From Hemiscyllium ocellatum (lineage: Eukaryota): 64,000 nucleotides of DNA. Where the stretch lies: the NCBI RefSeq assembly GCF_020745735.1, contig NC_083412.1:61284320-61348319 (forward strand). Reading direction: 5' to 3'. How positions within the stretch are numbered: the first letter of the stretch is position 1; each line of letters begins with the position of its first letter. The notes below the pieces were generated by a model. It saw only the letters and a program-made list of their open reading frames with translations, made no database searches and had not been told where the DNA came from. Shown here piece by piece: positions 36,995-49,430 of this stretch. The position numbers and the translations under genes are program-made.

Positions 36995-37160
36995 ATAAAA
37001 CAAAGATCTATAGATGCTGGATACCTGACACAAAAACAGAAATTGCTGGAGAAATTGCTGAAAGAAAGCAGAATTAACATTTCAAGTCCCAGTGATCCTG
37101 CTTACCCTTGGCAGATGCTGTCAGACCTGCTGAGTTTCTCCAGCAATTTTTGGTTAATTT
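36995..37160. mobile_element. Decayed fold-back Penelope pseudo-LTR relic
   Basis: AAATTGCTGGAGAAA ... TTTCTCCAGCAATTT inverted; GATGCTGTCAGACCTGCTGAG motif. Confidence 0.65.
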
Positions 37161-37361
37161 CATAATTGTATTCATCACATCCACTCAGTGGCTCTCACTC
37201 ACCTCTTACACAATTATGAACCTACCCTGCGCTCTGTGCCTACAGTTCAATGACTGAATGTGCAGCTCTTAAGTATTTGCTTCCAGTACTAGCACTGTTA
37301 TGTCCTTCTAACATGAAACTTTCATATAACACTTTTAGTTATTTGGTCTGATTACATTGGC

Positions 37362-37563
37362 TTAGAGACAAAAAACAGCAGATGCTGGAATCTAAGATAG
37401 ACAAGCAGGAGGCTGGAAGAACACAGCAAGCCGGACAGCATCATCAATGTTACACCTGAAACATTGACTTCTCCATCTCCTGATGCTGCCTGGCCTGCTG
37501 TGTTCTTCCAGCCCCCTGCTTATCTACCTTGGACTCCAGCATCTGTAGTCTTTTTGTCTCTAA
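37362..37563. mobile_element. Fold-back Penelope pseudo-LTR pair (~80-bp arms)
   Basis: TTAGAGACAAAAA..CAGATGCTGGA...GGCTGGAAGAACACAGCA versus TGCTGTGTTCTTCCAGCC...TCCAGCATCTG..TTTTTGTCTCTAA. Confidence 0.85.
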
Positions 37564-37708
37564 CCAAGTTTGTACAACTGGGAAGTCTCTTCAAAGAATG
37601 CCCACTTTGAAGGAGTTCTCTGCCTCCCTCAGATGTGCACTCAATGACCTCTTCAGTCCTCCAGCTTTTTGACCACACTATGAAACAAACTGGTTACAAA
37701 TGTTTAAC

Positions 37709-37952
37709 TGATTTGATTTTGACTTGATTTGAGTTATTGCTGTCACTTGTACCTAAGTATAGTGAAAAGCTATGTTTGTGGGCAGTACAGGCAAATAATG
37801 TACAATGGTATATATGTCATTGGGTGCTTACACAGAGCAAGATTACAAGTGCATAGGAGATGCACAAAGTAAGGTCAACATTAGATTTGAAGTTTGAGAG
37901 TTCATTCAGCAATCTGATAACAGCAGGGAAGAAGCTGTTCGTAAACATGTTG

Positions 37953-37983
<31 letters not shown>

Positions 37984-38162
37984 CGCGTGTGTGTGTGTTC
38001 AAGCTGCTGTATCTTTTGCCTTATTGAAGAGGTTGGAAGAGGGGATTACTGAGGTGGGAGGGGTCTTTGATGATTTGGCAGCCTTTCCGCAGCAAGAAGA
38101 AGTGTAAATGGAGTCCATTGATGGGAAGTTGGCTTCCATGATGCACACAACTTTCTGTAGTA
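37709..38162 (-). mobile_element. Rex1/Babar-type LINE 3' end with internal (CA)n microsatellite (37954-37998)
   Basis: LQKVV, FPSMDSIY, IIKDPSH..NPLFQPL, FTNSFFPAVIRLLN; tail TTTTCACTATAC...GTGACAGCAATAA+(TCAAA)n. Confidence 0.85.
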
Positions 38163-38365
38163 ACAAACATGTAATAACTGCACACAATGTAATGGTCATG
38201 ATTTCTCAAATCCATTATTGTTGCTGTGTATAATGAGCAACTTGTTGGTGAAGTATGAATTGATGCCAGCTGGGTGGCATGGCTGAATTCTGCAAATGAT
38301 GTCAGCCATCTTGTGAAGTTATTGCACAATTGAGTTTTGATCTAAGCGCAATGCTTCCTTCCACT

Positions 38366-38485
38366 CCACCTAATGAAGGAGCAGTGCTCCAAAAGCTTGT
38401 GATTTCAAATAAACCTGTTGGACTATAACTTGGTGCTGTGTGACTTCTGACTCTGTCCACCTCAGTCCAGCACTGTCATCTCCAC
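38366..38485 (+). mobile_element. Penelope-type pseudo-LTR relic with decayed hammerhead
   Basis: CAC-CTAATGAA-GGAGCAGTGCTCC-AAAAGCTT-GTG (two core G>A changes) followed by CCTGTTGGACTATAAC. Confidence 0.7.
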
Positions 38486-40431
38486 AACAGTGATCTAAGA
38501 TGGTAAGGTTTCAGCTTTGTGTTCTTATGAGTGAGTCCCAGGTTCCATTTTATATGTTGGATAATCCCTTAATCTTTCATGTTCCTTTCGATGTTGCTCT
38601 CCCTGTGTCTTTAGGCCTCCTTTATACAACTGTTAATATTCTACCTTACCTTCAGAGCCCGTGGTGTGTGAGTTCCCATGCCTTTGTTGGCCTTACATTC
38701 TTTCCATGTTGAAGCTACAGTGACAGTGACCTGAGACCATTATGGTCCTAACCTGCAGGACTGACTTAGCAGGACAGTCCTGACGGAGCACAACTGACTG
38801 TTGTCTCCTTAACAACAAAACTATCATATCTGTATCCTGCTAACTGCTTGCATTTGATGAGCAGGACAGCACGTGGCCCAATTCCAAGACTGAATGGACA
38901 AGGATCTCTAGACTCTGGTAGGACAGAGCACCAGACTGACAATGCCTGACACCCTAGATTGGAATAGAACAAGCTCCTTGCTGAGTGTGAATGTAACACT
39001 TCACTCACTACAGTCCTCCTTGGCCCCACTAAGGAACGCTCCCTTTTGCCATTCAGACATGGCCTTTTACTTGAAGCACTTGCAGTGTGTTTGCTTCATA
39101 AACTGCTGGCACATGTTGCATGCGTGAGATTGACATAGCCTTAGCCATACAGGAATATATCCACCTACTTGACTGTTCAGTTCTCCCCACTGTTGCAAGT
39201 CGCTGCCCCTCACGCAGCACACAGTGCAAGTCACACAGACTCCAAGGAGAGTGAGCATTAAGAAAGCAAGCTAAAAACCATAAGATACTTCCAGTGTAGA
39301 TGCATGAGATGCATGTGTGTCTCTGGCAAAAACATATAATGCATAAGTGTTCCTGAGCTCCAAAGCAAAGTTTTGAAGGGCTGAAATGTTGTGAAAGCTA
39401 GTCCAAGAGCAGGCATACTGATGCACTGAGATGGGGGGTTTAGTGACACTGACTTGTGCAGATGAAAGTTTGAGGAAGGTGGCAGCCATCGAGCATGTTG
39501 GGACATTTTGCATGTGCAGGGTTAGATAATGAGCAGTACAAAGCAGGGAACTGCTCCGATTCTCTTGGTGGGAACTTATCCAAATCTGGCTTCAGAGAAT
39601 TAGAAATAGCTTAGAACTGAAGAACGTTGGAGGGTTAGTGAAATGCAAATGCATAGAAATAAGGTCTCTTTTCTCAATCAACGTTTTTCTCAACATCAAG
39701 ATTCAGGTTTCATAATTTTCATCGCATCTCCCCAACTTTTTCACCATTGCTTACTCCACTACGGGGAGGGTATATTCTACTGTCCAGTCTCCCTGTAATC
39801 AATCCTCCACAAACGTTTTTTTTTCTGAAAATGACTCAAGTTAATCTCTACTTATTTATATTTTTCTTTCACAATCTCCTCTTGGAAATAATCTTTACAT
39901 TTTATCTCAGCTGGGATTTATTACGGATTCTTATAGCTCGATGTCAAGTCACTTTTTAACCACACACTTTCCCTTGTGACGGTATGTGGGCTGTAAATCT
40001 GGGAACATCTGTTTTTTCTGACTTTTCATAGAATTGGGGGCTGGAGGGAGGCCATATCTTCAAGCTCCTGGTACTTGCATTTTCAACTAATGACTGTTGA
40101 GACCACAGTACAGGAAAATGTCCCTCAAGGTCAACTGGACATCCTGCTGGCTCCTTGTTTGTTGCTGGATGTTTTCTGCATATTTGTTTTTCAGAATGAA
40201 AACTGCATGCTTTTGTAATATAAAACTATCAGTGAGTAACAGTCTCATTGCTAGTAACTGCCTTTTGAACACCTAATGAGAATAAGCACTGTTCCAGACT
40301 CCAAACACAAAATGCATAATTTAAGATAGTTCAGTCAAGTAACACAAATGTGACTCCCTCTGGATATTTTGATTTCGATGTGGCTGGTTAACTTTTACAA
40401 ATTATAAAGAACGATGCAACGGTATGCATAG

Positions 40432-40737
40432 TTCATAGAATCCCTGTAGTGTGGAAACAGGCCATTAGGCCCAGCAAATCCACATTGATCTTCATAACAG
40501 CAATCCAGCCAGACCCATTCCCTTACTCTATTACCCCATATATACCCCTGACTAATGCACTTCACCTATACATGCCTGAACACCATAGGCAATCTAGCAT
40601 GGCCAATTCACCTAACATGCAAATTGCGAGAGGAAACCAGAGCACCCAGAGGAAATTCCACACAGTCATGCAAGGCTGGAATTGAACCTAGGTCCCTGGT
40701 GCTGAGAGGCAGCAGTGCTTACCACTGAGCCATCATG
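40432..40737 (-). mobile_element. HE1/V-SINE-type SINE (internally deleted)
   Basis: Same A/B boxes, core and tail as 35252-35566, reverse orientation. Confidence 0.9.
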
Positions 40738-42714
40738 TTCTGAATATTCATGAGAACTATTTTCAGGTGACAACGATGAGGTGCTACTAATCCTTGGAGG
40801 ATCCAATACAAAACAAAACAATCAAATGCATGTCAAAGAAGAGATTATTAAGACTCTTACCTTTGTAAATTTAATACAAATTGAAACCAATACAAATTAA
40901 GCATGTAGTAACAGGGAAATGACATTTCAAATACATGAGTAAATTGCACTTAAATTTGGTTAATTAAGCAAAGATATATTTTATGTAAAAATGAGCAACT
41001 TCATCACACTTCGTATACATACGGCGATACAGAATTAAGATGTTCTATAAGATACTGTTCGTTATTCAGGGTAGATCAAGTGTCCAAACCAACAATAGCT
41101 TTCAACTAAAGGTTTCATGGATACAATTATCATGACCAATCCCATACCTACAAATCCTCTCTCTCTCTCTGAAGTGACAACTAATCTGGGTGTACCTTTC
41201 CAGAGTTTTTTGTTGACTAATTCATAGAATGCTTTATTGTCACTGGTTAGGACAACACCTCAGTCCAGTCACTGGGGCACTGCTGTCCAGCAGGGAGTCC
41301 TGATACCATCATTTAGAAGCACAGTCTGAGTGCCCAACCATGGTTAATCACCAGCTTGAGACTTGCACCATCGGGCACTTGTCTGACTGTAAACCAGGAA
41401 TGGGAACTGGTCTGTCTTGTACTGGCAGCAGCTATAGTCAGGGTAATCATCTCAGGTGGGGAAGCACAAAGACAGAGACCAGGTTCTGATCAGTCATATC
41501 TAGGACATACTTATCAAATCTAACAGTGATTTGAGCAATTAGACTCTAGCGAGTAGTCAGCAGTCATTCCTATAGGCCCATCACCAGCAGTCAGGGCTAT
41601 CATGTATCGACAGTCAGGGAGCTACAAGTCCTCCAGCAGTCAGGACTCTGGTCTGTCATGTCCAAGAGCTGTTTCTCAAAGTTGGTATGAGGTCTGAGGC
41701 AAACACAGTCTTGGGGGTCTGTCAGTCAGCCATTAATGGAGAGTCAATAGATAGTGAGGGAATTACTGTCAAAAGGGAGGGAGAAAACGTGAGGCACTTG
41801 TAGAGGTGGGAATAAGAACAATGATGTGGAGAATCTCAAGATGTATGGGGTCAGGGGGAGTAAGTGAAACAGAATTGGAGGGCACAGCAGGCTATGCTAG
41901 TGGTGGAGGAAGGTCAGTGGCCTCCATTGGGAGAATGCAAAGGTGTAGGATGAACATCATTAAAGTACAATGCTGGGATCGGGGGGCAAAGAGGATAATT
42001 GGAGGTGAAGTTCAATAGGGTGGGTCTCCACATTGGGGAAATGGGTGGAAATGTCCTACTTGGTTAAAAGGGAACATTAAAGCTTGGGAAAGAGGTAGGG
42101 TGAGACATGGATGCTCTAAGAGGTCCTGGTGACCTGACAGGACCCCTTGCTGACATTATCCATTATGAACTGCATTTCCTTCCATCACTTGTCATTCTCT
42201 AGATGCAAGATGTAAATAGCCGGGACTACGCTGAAGTTAGGTAGAGCCAGTGTCATTTGATGGACAAATGTGGAGGTCCACATCTGCTGGATGTTAGAAA
42301 ATTGAAGGGATAAATACGTGGAGCATGGGTTTTCAAACACCAGCTATGCTTTAGCTGCAAACATATGCAATGCGTACAGAGCAAACGTGCTTATTCGGCC
42401 AACTTTGGTCAAAGTCAGAATACACCATGCCGTTGGTGCTCACCAAAATAAAATTGTCATTCCAGGAGGCTGGAGCAATATCTTAAAAGGAGGTCAAAGG
42501 TAGACAAAAGTGTTCCATCATTTGTGGAATTTGCAAGGGTTCTGTACAACAAGGGGAATGCCACCATATTATGAGTTATGTAAATGTGATAGCCTAGGTT
42601 TGCTCCTATATCTTATGGTTTATGGTATTACAATGTGCTTTAATGAATGCAGCAGAAAGTGGAATGTTTGAATGTAATGCATTAGTTACTCAGTTGTACG
42701 GTATCTTAACCAGG

Positions 42715-43030
42715 TTGGGACACGTGCTGTGATTAGAGCTGTGGTGGAGAAGACACTGCTGAGGATATAGTTCCACAGGTTGCACCAGTCCCAGAGAGGG
42801 GAATGCGGGGGAGATGCTCTAGTATAGTCCAGACAGTGTATGCCATTCTGGCAGGCTGTCCTCTGCACAACTGGGGAAGGCAGCGAAGTGATGTGTTGGA
42901 TACTGAGGAATCAGAGGAATGGGAGAAGCCTTCCAAGGAGAAGGATGGTGATATTGAGCTGGAGGAAATTGTCCTTGTGAATGACATAGCTCAGCTCCAT
43001 CAGGCTGTACAATCCAGACAGGGCCTGACT
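42715..43030 (+). mobile_element. Second PIF/Harbinger transposase C-terminal fossil (may extend upstream to ~42200)
   Basis: TRAVI/RAVVEKT, GDAL.YSPD, ILAGCPLHNWGRQRSDVLDTEE...DIELEE; colinear with 6445-6700. Confidence 0.7.
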
Positions 43031-43049
43031 GACACTCGGTTCCAAGATA

Positions 43050-43270
43050 CTTTTCTACCCTGAGAGTTGTTAGGAATTTTGCATGCGCTACTTGGGAAAG
43101 TGGTAGAGGTGGATTCCACAGGAGGTTTCAAAAGAGAGCTGGATATGTACTTGAAAGTGATGTAAATAGTGGGCTATGGACATCGAGCTAGAGAATGTAA
43201 CTAGCTGGGTAGCTCTTTCATGAGTCAGTCGAATGGCTTCCTTCTGTTCTGTAAAATTCTATGATTCTAA
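43050..43270 (+). mobile_element. CR1 3' fragment
   Basis: GAGAGTTGTTAGGA, TTTCAAAAGAGAGCTGGAT, GAATGGCTTCCTTCTGTTCTGTAAAATTCTATGATTCTA tail. Confidence 0.8.
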
Positions 43271-44955
43271 ATGGAGCTGGGCACACAAGACAATTATGGA
43301 TTGTCAAGCTCAAGCTGTCAGTACTTGGTTTGCTTTCCGACTGCATACTGCAGCCTTATCAGTTTTCTTTGTGTTTCTTTTTGCTGGCTGACAATAAAAG
43401 CTTCAGAGATGCATAGCATTGTAGTTAAATGACAACCAGGCTGTGGGTACATTGTGTGAGGGAATGCCAGTCATGTTGGCTATGGGTGGAAGGCAACATG
43501 GCTTTGTGGCAATTGTGCCATTACACTGTTGGTGAGGGGTGGCACAAGATTGCCAGCATTTGTCCTGATGCACAGTGGTCATTCAAAGAAGGGAAGGATG
43601 CAAGAAATGTCAGTCTTTTGGCAGCTATCCATTGAGTAAGGGATATTCTGGGAACGGCCCATGGTAACGTGGGGATCGAATCAGATGAGAGGGCCATCAT
43701 AGGGTAGAGTAGGTTGTTAATGAGGCACATTTGGTATGATATGATGAGAAATCTCACTGGGTCTCATGGAAAAAAAAGTAAGACTCAGACACAAGTAACA
43801 AGTAGTCACACATAACCCAGTCTGGGATACATACCCCCTGGTAACTGGATCGAGAAAGTTTTCCTTTTTGATGTCAGATGTATTGGCGTTATTATCCTGA
43901 TGGTGTTTTACCTGCTGATGGAACCATTGTTAATTAGTCTGCCACCAAGAACAAAACATAACTCAACAAAATCCTGACTTCCTGACCCATTGCTTAAGGC
44001 AAGAACCTTCCAACTCAGCAGTGGGTCATTAAAACTAGATGACAAGGTCAGAAAGCCATAAGACGGGACATTTTACTGTGTGTGAAAGCTACATGAAATG
44101 AATGACAGGTGTATTAGCATGAAATAAACCCAGAAACCCACACTAAATTACCATTTCTTTATTTTACGTTCTCTACACCTGGTCTGATAAAGATCTATTA
44201 TCTTAACGAAACAAAATTGCAAGAGCGAAATCAAACATATATTTGTTCTTGCTGCTGGGATTTGAGTGCATAATTTGGATTGGTACATTGGGGACAGAAG
44301 TTTTAGGCTGGGCTTGGACTGAGTGCAGATGTGGGTACGTGAGTGCATATGTTTTTTGTCAGTTTGCCCTCTACATCCCACTGCCAAGCCATTTTCCTAA
44401 TGGTGGTACTTGGTTGGTGGTGGAGTGGAGGGTGGAAGGATGTGTGGCAGCACAAAGTGATGGATAAGTAATAATTAAAGCCATATGAAGGCCTATTGCC
44501 AGAGGTGACTGGAATTTTCCAGACATGCCATTGTCCTCCAAAGGCACTGAAGAACAGTAGAGCTGCCTGAAAACAAGAGGTCCAGGCTGGATTAGGGGGC
44601 CATTTTTTAAAATGTTAAAGTGACTCCCTCCCATTCCAGGAAAGGCAGCCCAAGGCTTCTTCAGTGCTTTGAGGACTCCTATTGGCTCTCTGGCTTTGAA
44701 AGCCTACACATACCATTCTTAATTGGATGGCAAGCCTTGTCACTGGCCATTAATTCTGGGAAAATCAAAACACAGCGCACAGAGAGTAGGCTGCTGACCC
44801 CAGGTTGACACTATCAGCAGGGTCCCCAGTCCCCTGACAAAAATACCACCCAAGATTAATGTGCAGTAGATAGGATGGCATGTATTAAACATTTGCCACT
44901 TCAGATGTAAGGCTGCCTGTTCCATTTCTTGCACATGACACTAAAGATGCCATTA

Positions 44956-46090
44956 CCATAATCCCAAACTAAATTTGTCCCACCTGCCTGTGCATGGCCC
45001 ATATCCCTCCAAACAGTTCTTATCCATGTACTAATCCAAATGTCTTTTGAATGTTGTAACTGTACCTGCATGCAACATGTCCTCTGGAAGTTCATTCTAG
45101 CACATGAACCACTTTGTGTAAAAAAGCTGCCCCTTATCCCTATTTAAATCTTTCTCTTCTCATCTTCAAAATATACCCCCTAGTCCTGAAATCTCCCGTC
45201 CTAGGGAAAAGACTCCTAACATTCACCTTATCTATGATTTTATAAACCTCTATAAGATCACTCTCAACCTCCTATGCTCCAGGGAAAAGAAATCTCAGCT
45301 TATATAGCTCCTACTTATAACTCAAAACTTCCATTTCCAGCAACATCCTGGTAAATCTCTTCTGAACACTCCCCACTTTAATTATATCTTTCCTAAAATA
45401 GGGAGACCAGAACAATACTCCAGAAAAGGCTTCACAACATTCTATGCAACCGTAACACGACCCAACTCCTATACTCAAACATCTGAGCAATGAAGGCAAG
45501 CTGTTAAATATCTTTTTAACCACTCTGAGAATTTGAGACTTTGTTGTGTACAGAATGTCTGCTGCGTCATCAATTATATTGGGGCAGATTTTCCAATTTT
45601 CCAATATACTTGAAATGTGACCTCAACCTAACTATGCTGATTTGGTATTTAAAGAGATTCCCAAAATTGGAATCACTGAACTTACATTTACATTACAACA
45701 GCATCCTAAAAGTATCCCTGAAAGAATGCTGTAACCCCTTAATATGTGGGAATCCCCATCCCAAGATGAGCTGAACAAGAGAAGAAGTATCCATGAAGAT
45801 GTTAACCATATTGAGCATTTACAACAGGTTCGAATGTGGACCAAGCACTAACAGTAGACAGAGCATATGAAAACCTATGCATCCCACACTGCTGTTTCAG
45901 CAAATACCACCGCCCCAGCTCTGGACCACTTCAGGTTAGTTAGCCACCTCAGGACCTACAGCTCTCAAGTGTAAGAATGTTAACCTTGATCTTGTAAAAC
46001 AGAAGCATCAGACACAGGCTCAGCATTGATCCAAAAGGTGCTTTCTTGTTTTTTTGCTTTTCTCTCAGCACGCCTGGGCAATCCTCAAAT
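44956..46090. repeat. Left arm of an inverted segmental duplication (CR1 3' piece on -, spacer, RTE 3' piece on +)
   Basis: Reverse complement of 48530-49370, including the TE/non-TE junctions. Confidence 0.88.
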
Positions 46091-47309
46091 GCAGAGTGTC
46101 AAGACCATGGATCATATTCCCGGGCCACCTAGTGACATATTGAACTTTTGCTTTTTAAAAAGAGGACATCGAGCTTAAAAATGACTGAGAATGTAAATTC
46201 TGAGTGATGTAATTCAAAGACTGTCAAGCAGGCTAATTATTAGCAGGCTCAAAGAAGACTTGGAATGCCACAATTGATGGGTGTCTAGGAAATTTCAAAG
46301 AGAAGGCTTCAAGAAGGAAAATGCATTGCAAAATGAACTGTAATCCCCATGTGAGTTATCTCAGACTGTTAACAGAATGGGAGAAAGGGGACAATCTGGG
46401 TGAGAGAGAGATTTATGGTTTCCCCTTTCAAGAACACTCAAGAACATTAGTTAAAATCCAGTTTGAACAATGGTCTGTTTGTGCGAGTGGGTGAAGGTGT
46501 GTCCTGTGAGGGTCACAGCTGAGAAAATCCCTAGTGATCTCTGTGCTGCAGGTAAAAACAAATACAATGTCACCATCTCTTTGCTGGAAGCCAGAGCAAA
46601 TGTCACCACAGTCGAAAGGAAACAGAACAAAGGATTTCAGCTGACCTTCAAAGCCAAAATCTTATAAAAGACCACTCATCCACCATCTGTGTTACCAATA
46701 TCACCCCAGTTAATGTCCACAATCTTCTATCATGCTGGAAAAAAGTATCCACAAGGGAAGGGATCCTTTCTAAATTAACCCTGCTGAGACCAATTAAGGG
46801 GTGTGGGGGAATAAAGAAGGAGAGCTAGTTCATGTCCCCTCACCTGGGAGCTTGATACTTTGGAGTGTCTTGTATGGAATGGAAACAAATTATGGAACCC
46901 AACTGGCATTATGCCATAACACGAGGGATGTGAACACGTTGTCTGTGCGGCTTGTGACTGGATTTCCATGAGTCTATTGAACAACCAGAAGGCACTCGTG
47001 CCAGTGATCACCCCTCCTACCTGCAGCTTCACTCTTAGCTTTCCCGGTTGATCTCAGCACTGGATGTAAAGGATATTTCTGCTGCAGTACAATACTTTAG
47101 CCAGAAAAATAGACAGAGCTAAAAAAAAAGTGAGTATGATATTCCACATAACACAGGAAATGGAAAGGGAGGAGAGAGAGGCAATCAACCCCGAGTAACT
47201 GTACAATGTTATTCAATTTTGTCCCAAATGGGTTTACCAGCCTCCCTACTGCTGCTGCAGCAGCAGACTGACGAATATGACACTGTACATATCGAGAGTG
47301 AAGAATACA

Positions 47310-47870
47310 CCAATCAGCTCCTCAAGTCTGCTCCACCCATTCAATAAAATTATGACTGACCTGATTATACTTAAATCCATATTCCCACCTATCTCTAATA
47401 ATCTTTAAATCTTGTTATTTAACAAGAAGTTACCTATCTCTGCCTTAGATAAGCTCTTCTATGCACCACCTTTTAAGAGAAAGTGTTTCAACCCTAACAC
47501 CCCTTTGAGAGAAAAGAATGTTGTTCTATCTCTGTTTAAAATAGACAAGCCTTGATTTTTGAACAGTGGCCCTTAGTTCTAAAATCTCTCATGACAAGAA
47601 ACAGCCTTTCCACATCTTTCCTGTCATGACCCCTCAGAATTTTACATTTCAGTCCAGTTGTTTCTTACTCTCGTAACTCCTGTGTATACAAGCCTACCCT
47701 GTCTGACATAAGACAATCCACTAATACCAGGTATAGTCCAGTAAACTTGCTCCAAATTGACTCCAACTCATTTACATTTCCTTAAAATAAGGTGATCAGT
47801 ACTATCCATAATACTCTAGATACAGTCTTATCAGTATAACTGAGGAGTAAATTACCTACTTCTGAACTCA
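47310..47870 (-). mobile_element. Old CR1 3' fragment
   Basis: Reverse complement has LEYYG*Y*SPYF, AGAACTAAGGGCCAC, TTGAATGGGTGGAGCAGACTTGAGG tail-like sequence. Confidence 0.7.
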
Positions 47871-48529
47871 AGGCAAAGCTTCAAGGGAAGTGGCAGGAAG
47901 TAGTTTCTACATCATTCTCAGAGAAAACGTTTTCTGTGCCATGAGGGAACGAGGAACTGGAGGTCAATTCCTGGAACCTACAAAAGTATTTCCTCCAATT
48001 CCTTACTTGTGGCCCAGCATGCAGCAAAGCCAGGGCTCAGGACATAAACCATACCAGCATTTCACAGCTGAGCTCAGAATTATCTCCTTTTCTTAAAGTT
48101 AGGAGACATTTTTTAAAGATGCTTAAGAAAGACTAGGGAGTCATCAGAGAGGCCAATAAGCAAACATTGGATTCCTTGCAAGTCTTAATCTTTGGAAGAG
48201 GATCAGGCTGGAAGAGGCTCAGAGTGCTAAGTATTTAAAAACAATTTGTTTTATTTCCAAATGGGTCAAGGAAAAGTGGGCTTGTATCTCTATGCTCTGT
48301 GGGAAAGAACAGGCCTGCCTTGTTGCAGAGTCTCATCACTGCCTTATTCACAGCTATGAGGACTCAGCTGGATAGTCCTGCCACTTAGCTGGTAGCAGGA
48401 AGTCTTTGGTCTGTGCAATTTTCCATTGATTCACTGCAATAGTGCTGGAAAGCCAATTAACCGAATCAGACAAATGGACAGGTCACATTCTGCAAGTCTC
48501 TGAAACGATCCACAAGTTGGTGTCCTGTC

Positions 48530-49430
48530 TCATTTGAGGATTGCCCAGGCATGTGAGAGAAAAACAAAAAAACAAGAAAGCACCTTTTGGACCAATGCTG
48601 CGTCTGTGCCTGATGCAAATCTTATACTTCTCTTTTACAAGATCAAGGATGACATTCTTGTGCACTAGAGCTGTAGGTCCTGAGGTGGCTGACTAATCTG
48701 AAGTGGTCCAGAACTGGGGTGTTGGTATTTGCTGAAGCAGCAGTGTGGGATGCTCAGGTTTTTACACACTCTTTCTGTTGTTTGTGCTTGGCCTCCATCC
48801 GAGCCTGTTGCAAATGCTTAACATGGTTAACATCTTCGTGGATACCTCTTCTCTTGATCGGCTAGTCTTGGGATGGGGATATAAGGTATATTGGAAAATT
48901 GAAAAATCTACACTAATACTTCTGATGACATAGCAGATAGTCTCAGGGTGATTAAAAAGGTATTTAACAGCTTGCCTCCATTGCTCAGACATTTGAGCGT
49001 AGGAGTTGGGATGTCATGTTGCAGTTGCATGGAACGTTGGTGAGTCCTCTTCTGAAGTATTGTATCTTGTTCTGGTCGCCCTGTTATAGGAAAGGTATTA
49101 TTAAAGTGGAGAGCGTTCAGAAGAGATTTACCAGGATCTTTTCACTAGGTTGGGAGATTTCACGAGATTTATTTTTAACGTGAGAAGAGAACGATTTTAA
49201 AAAAGACATAAGGGGCAATTTTCTTTACACAGAGTAGTTCGTGTGTAGTGGAAGTGGTGCACACTGTTACAGTTACAATGTTTAAAAGACATTAGTAAAT
49301 GAATAAGAAATATTTGGAGGGATATGGGCCCAGCACAGGCAGGTGGGACTAGTTTAGTTTGGGATTATGGTCAGCATGGACTGGTTGGACCGAAGGGTCT
49401 GTTTCCATGCTGTATAACTCGAAGATTCTA
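48530..49430. repeat. Right arm of the inverted duplication (RTE piece on -, CR1 3' end on +)
   Basis: For example GAGCTGTAGGTCCTGAGGTGGCT at 48668 versus AGCCACCTCAGGACCTACAGCTC at 45942. Confidence 0.88.

Noticed and set aside
40766-40900. Plus-strand coding exon (TTTTCAG|GTGACAAC... GDNDEVLLILGG)
   Set aside because: No convincing donor, partner exons or recognisable protein; chance-level signal.
46130-47050. Solo LTR in the spacer of the inverted duplication
   Set aside because: Composition is suggestive, but I could not define TG...CA ends, a TSD or a partner copy.
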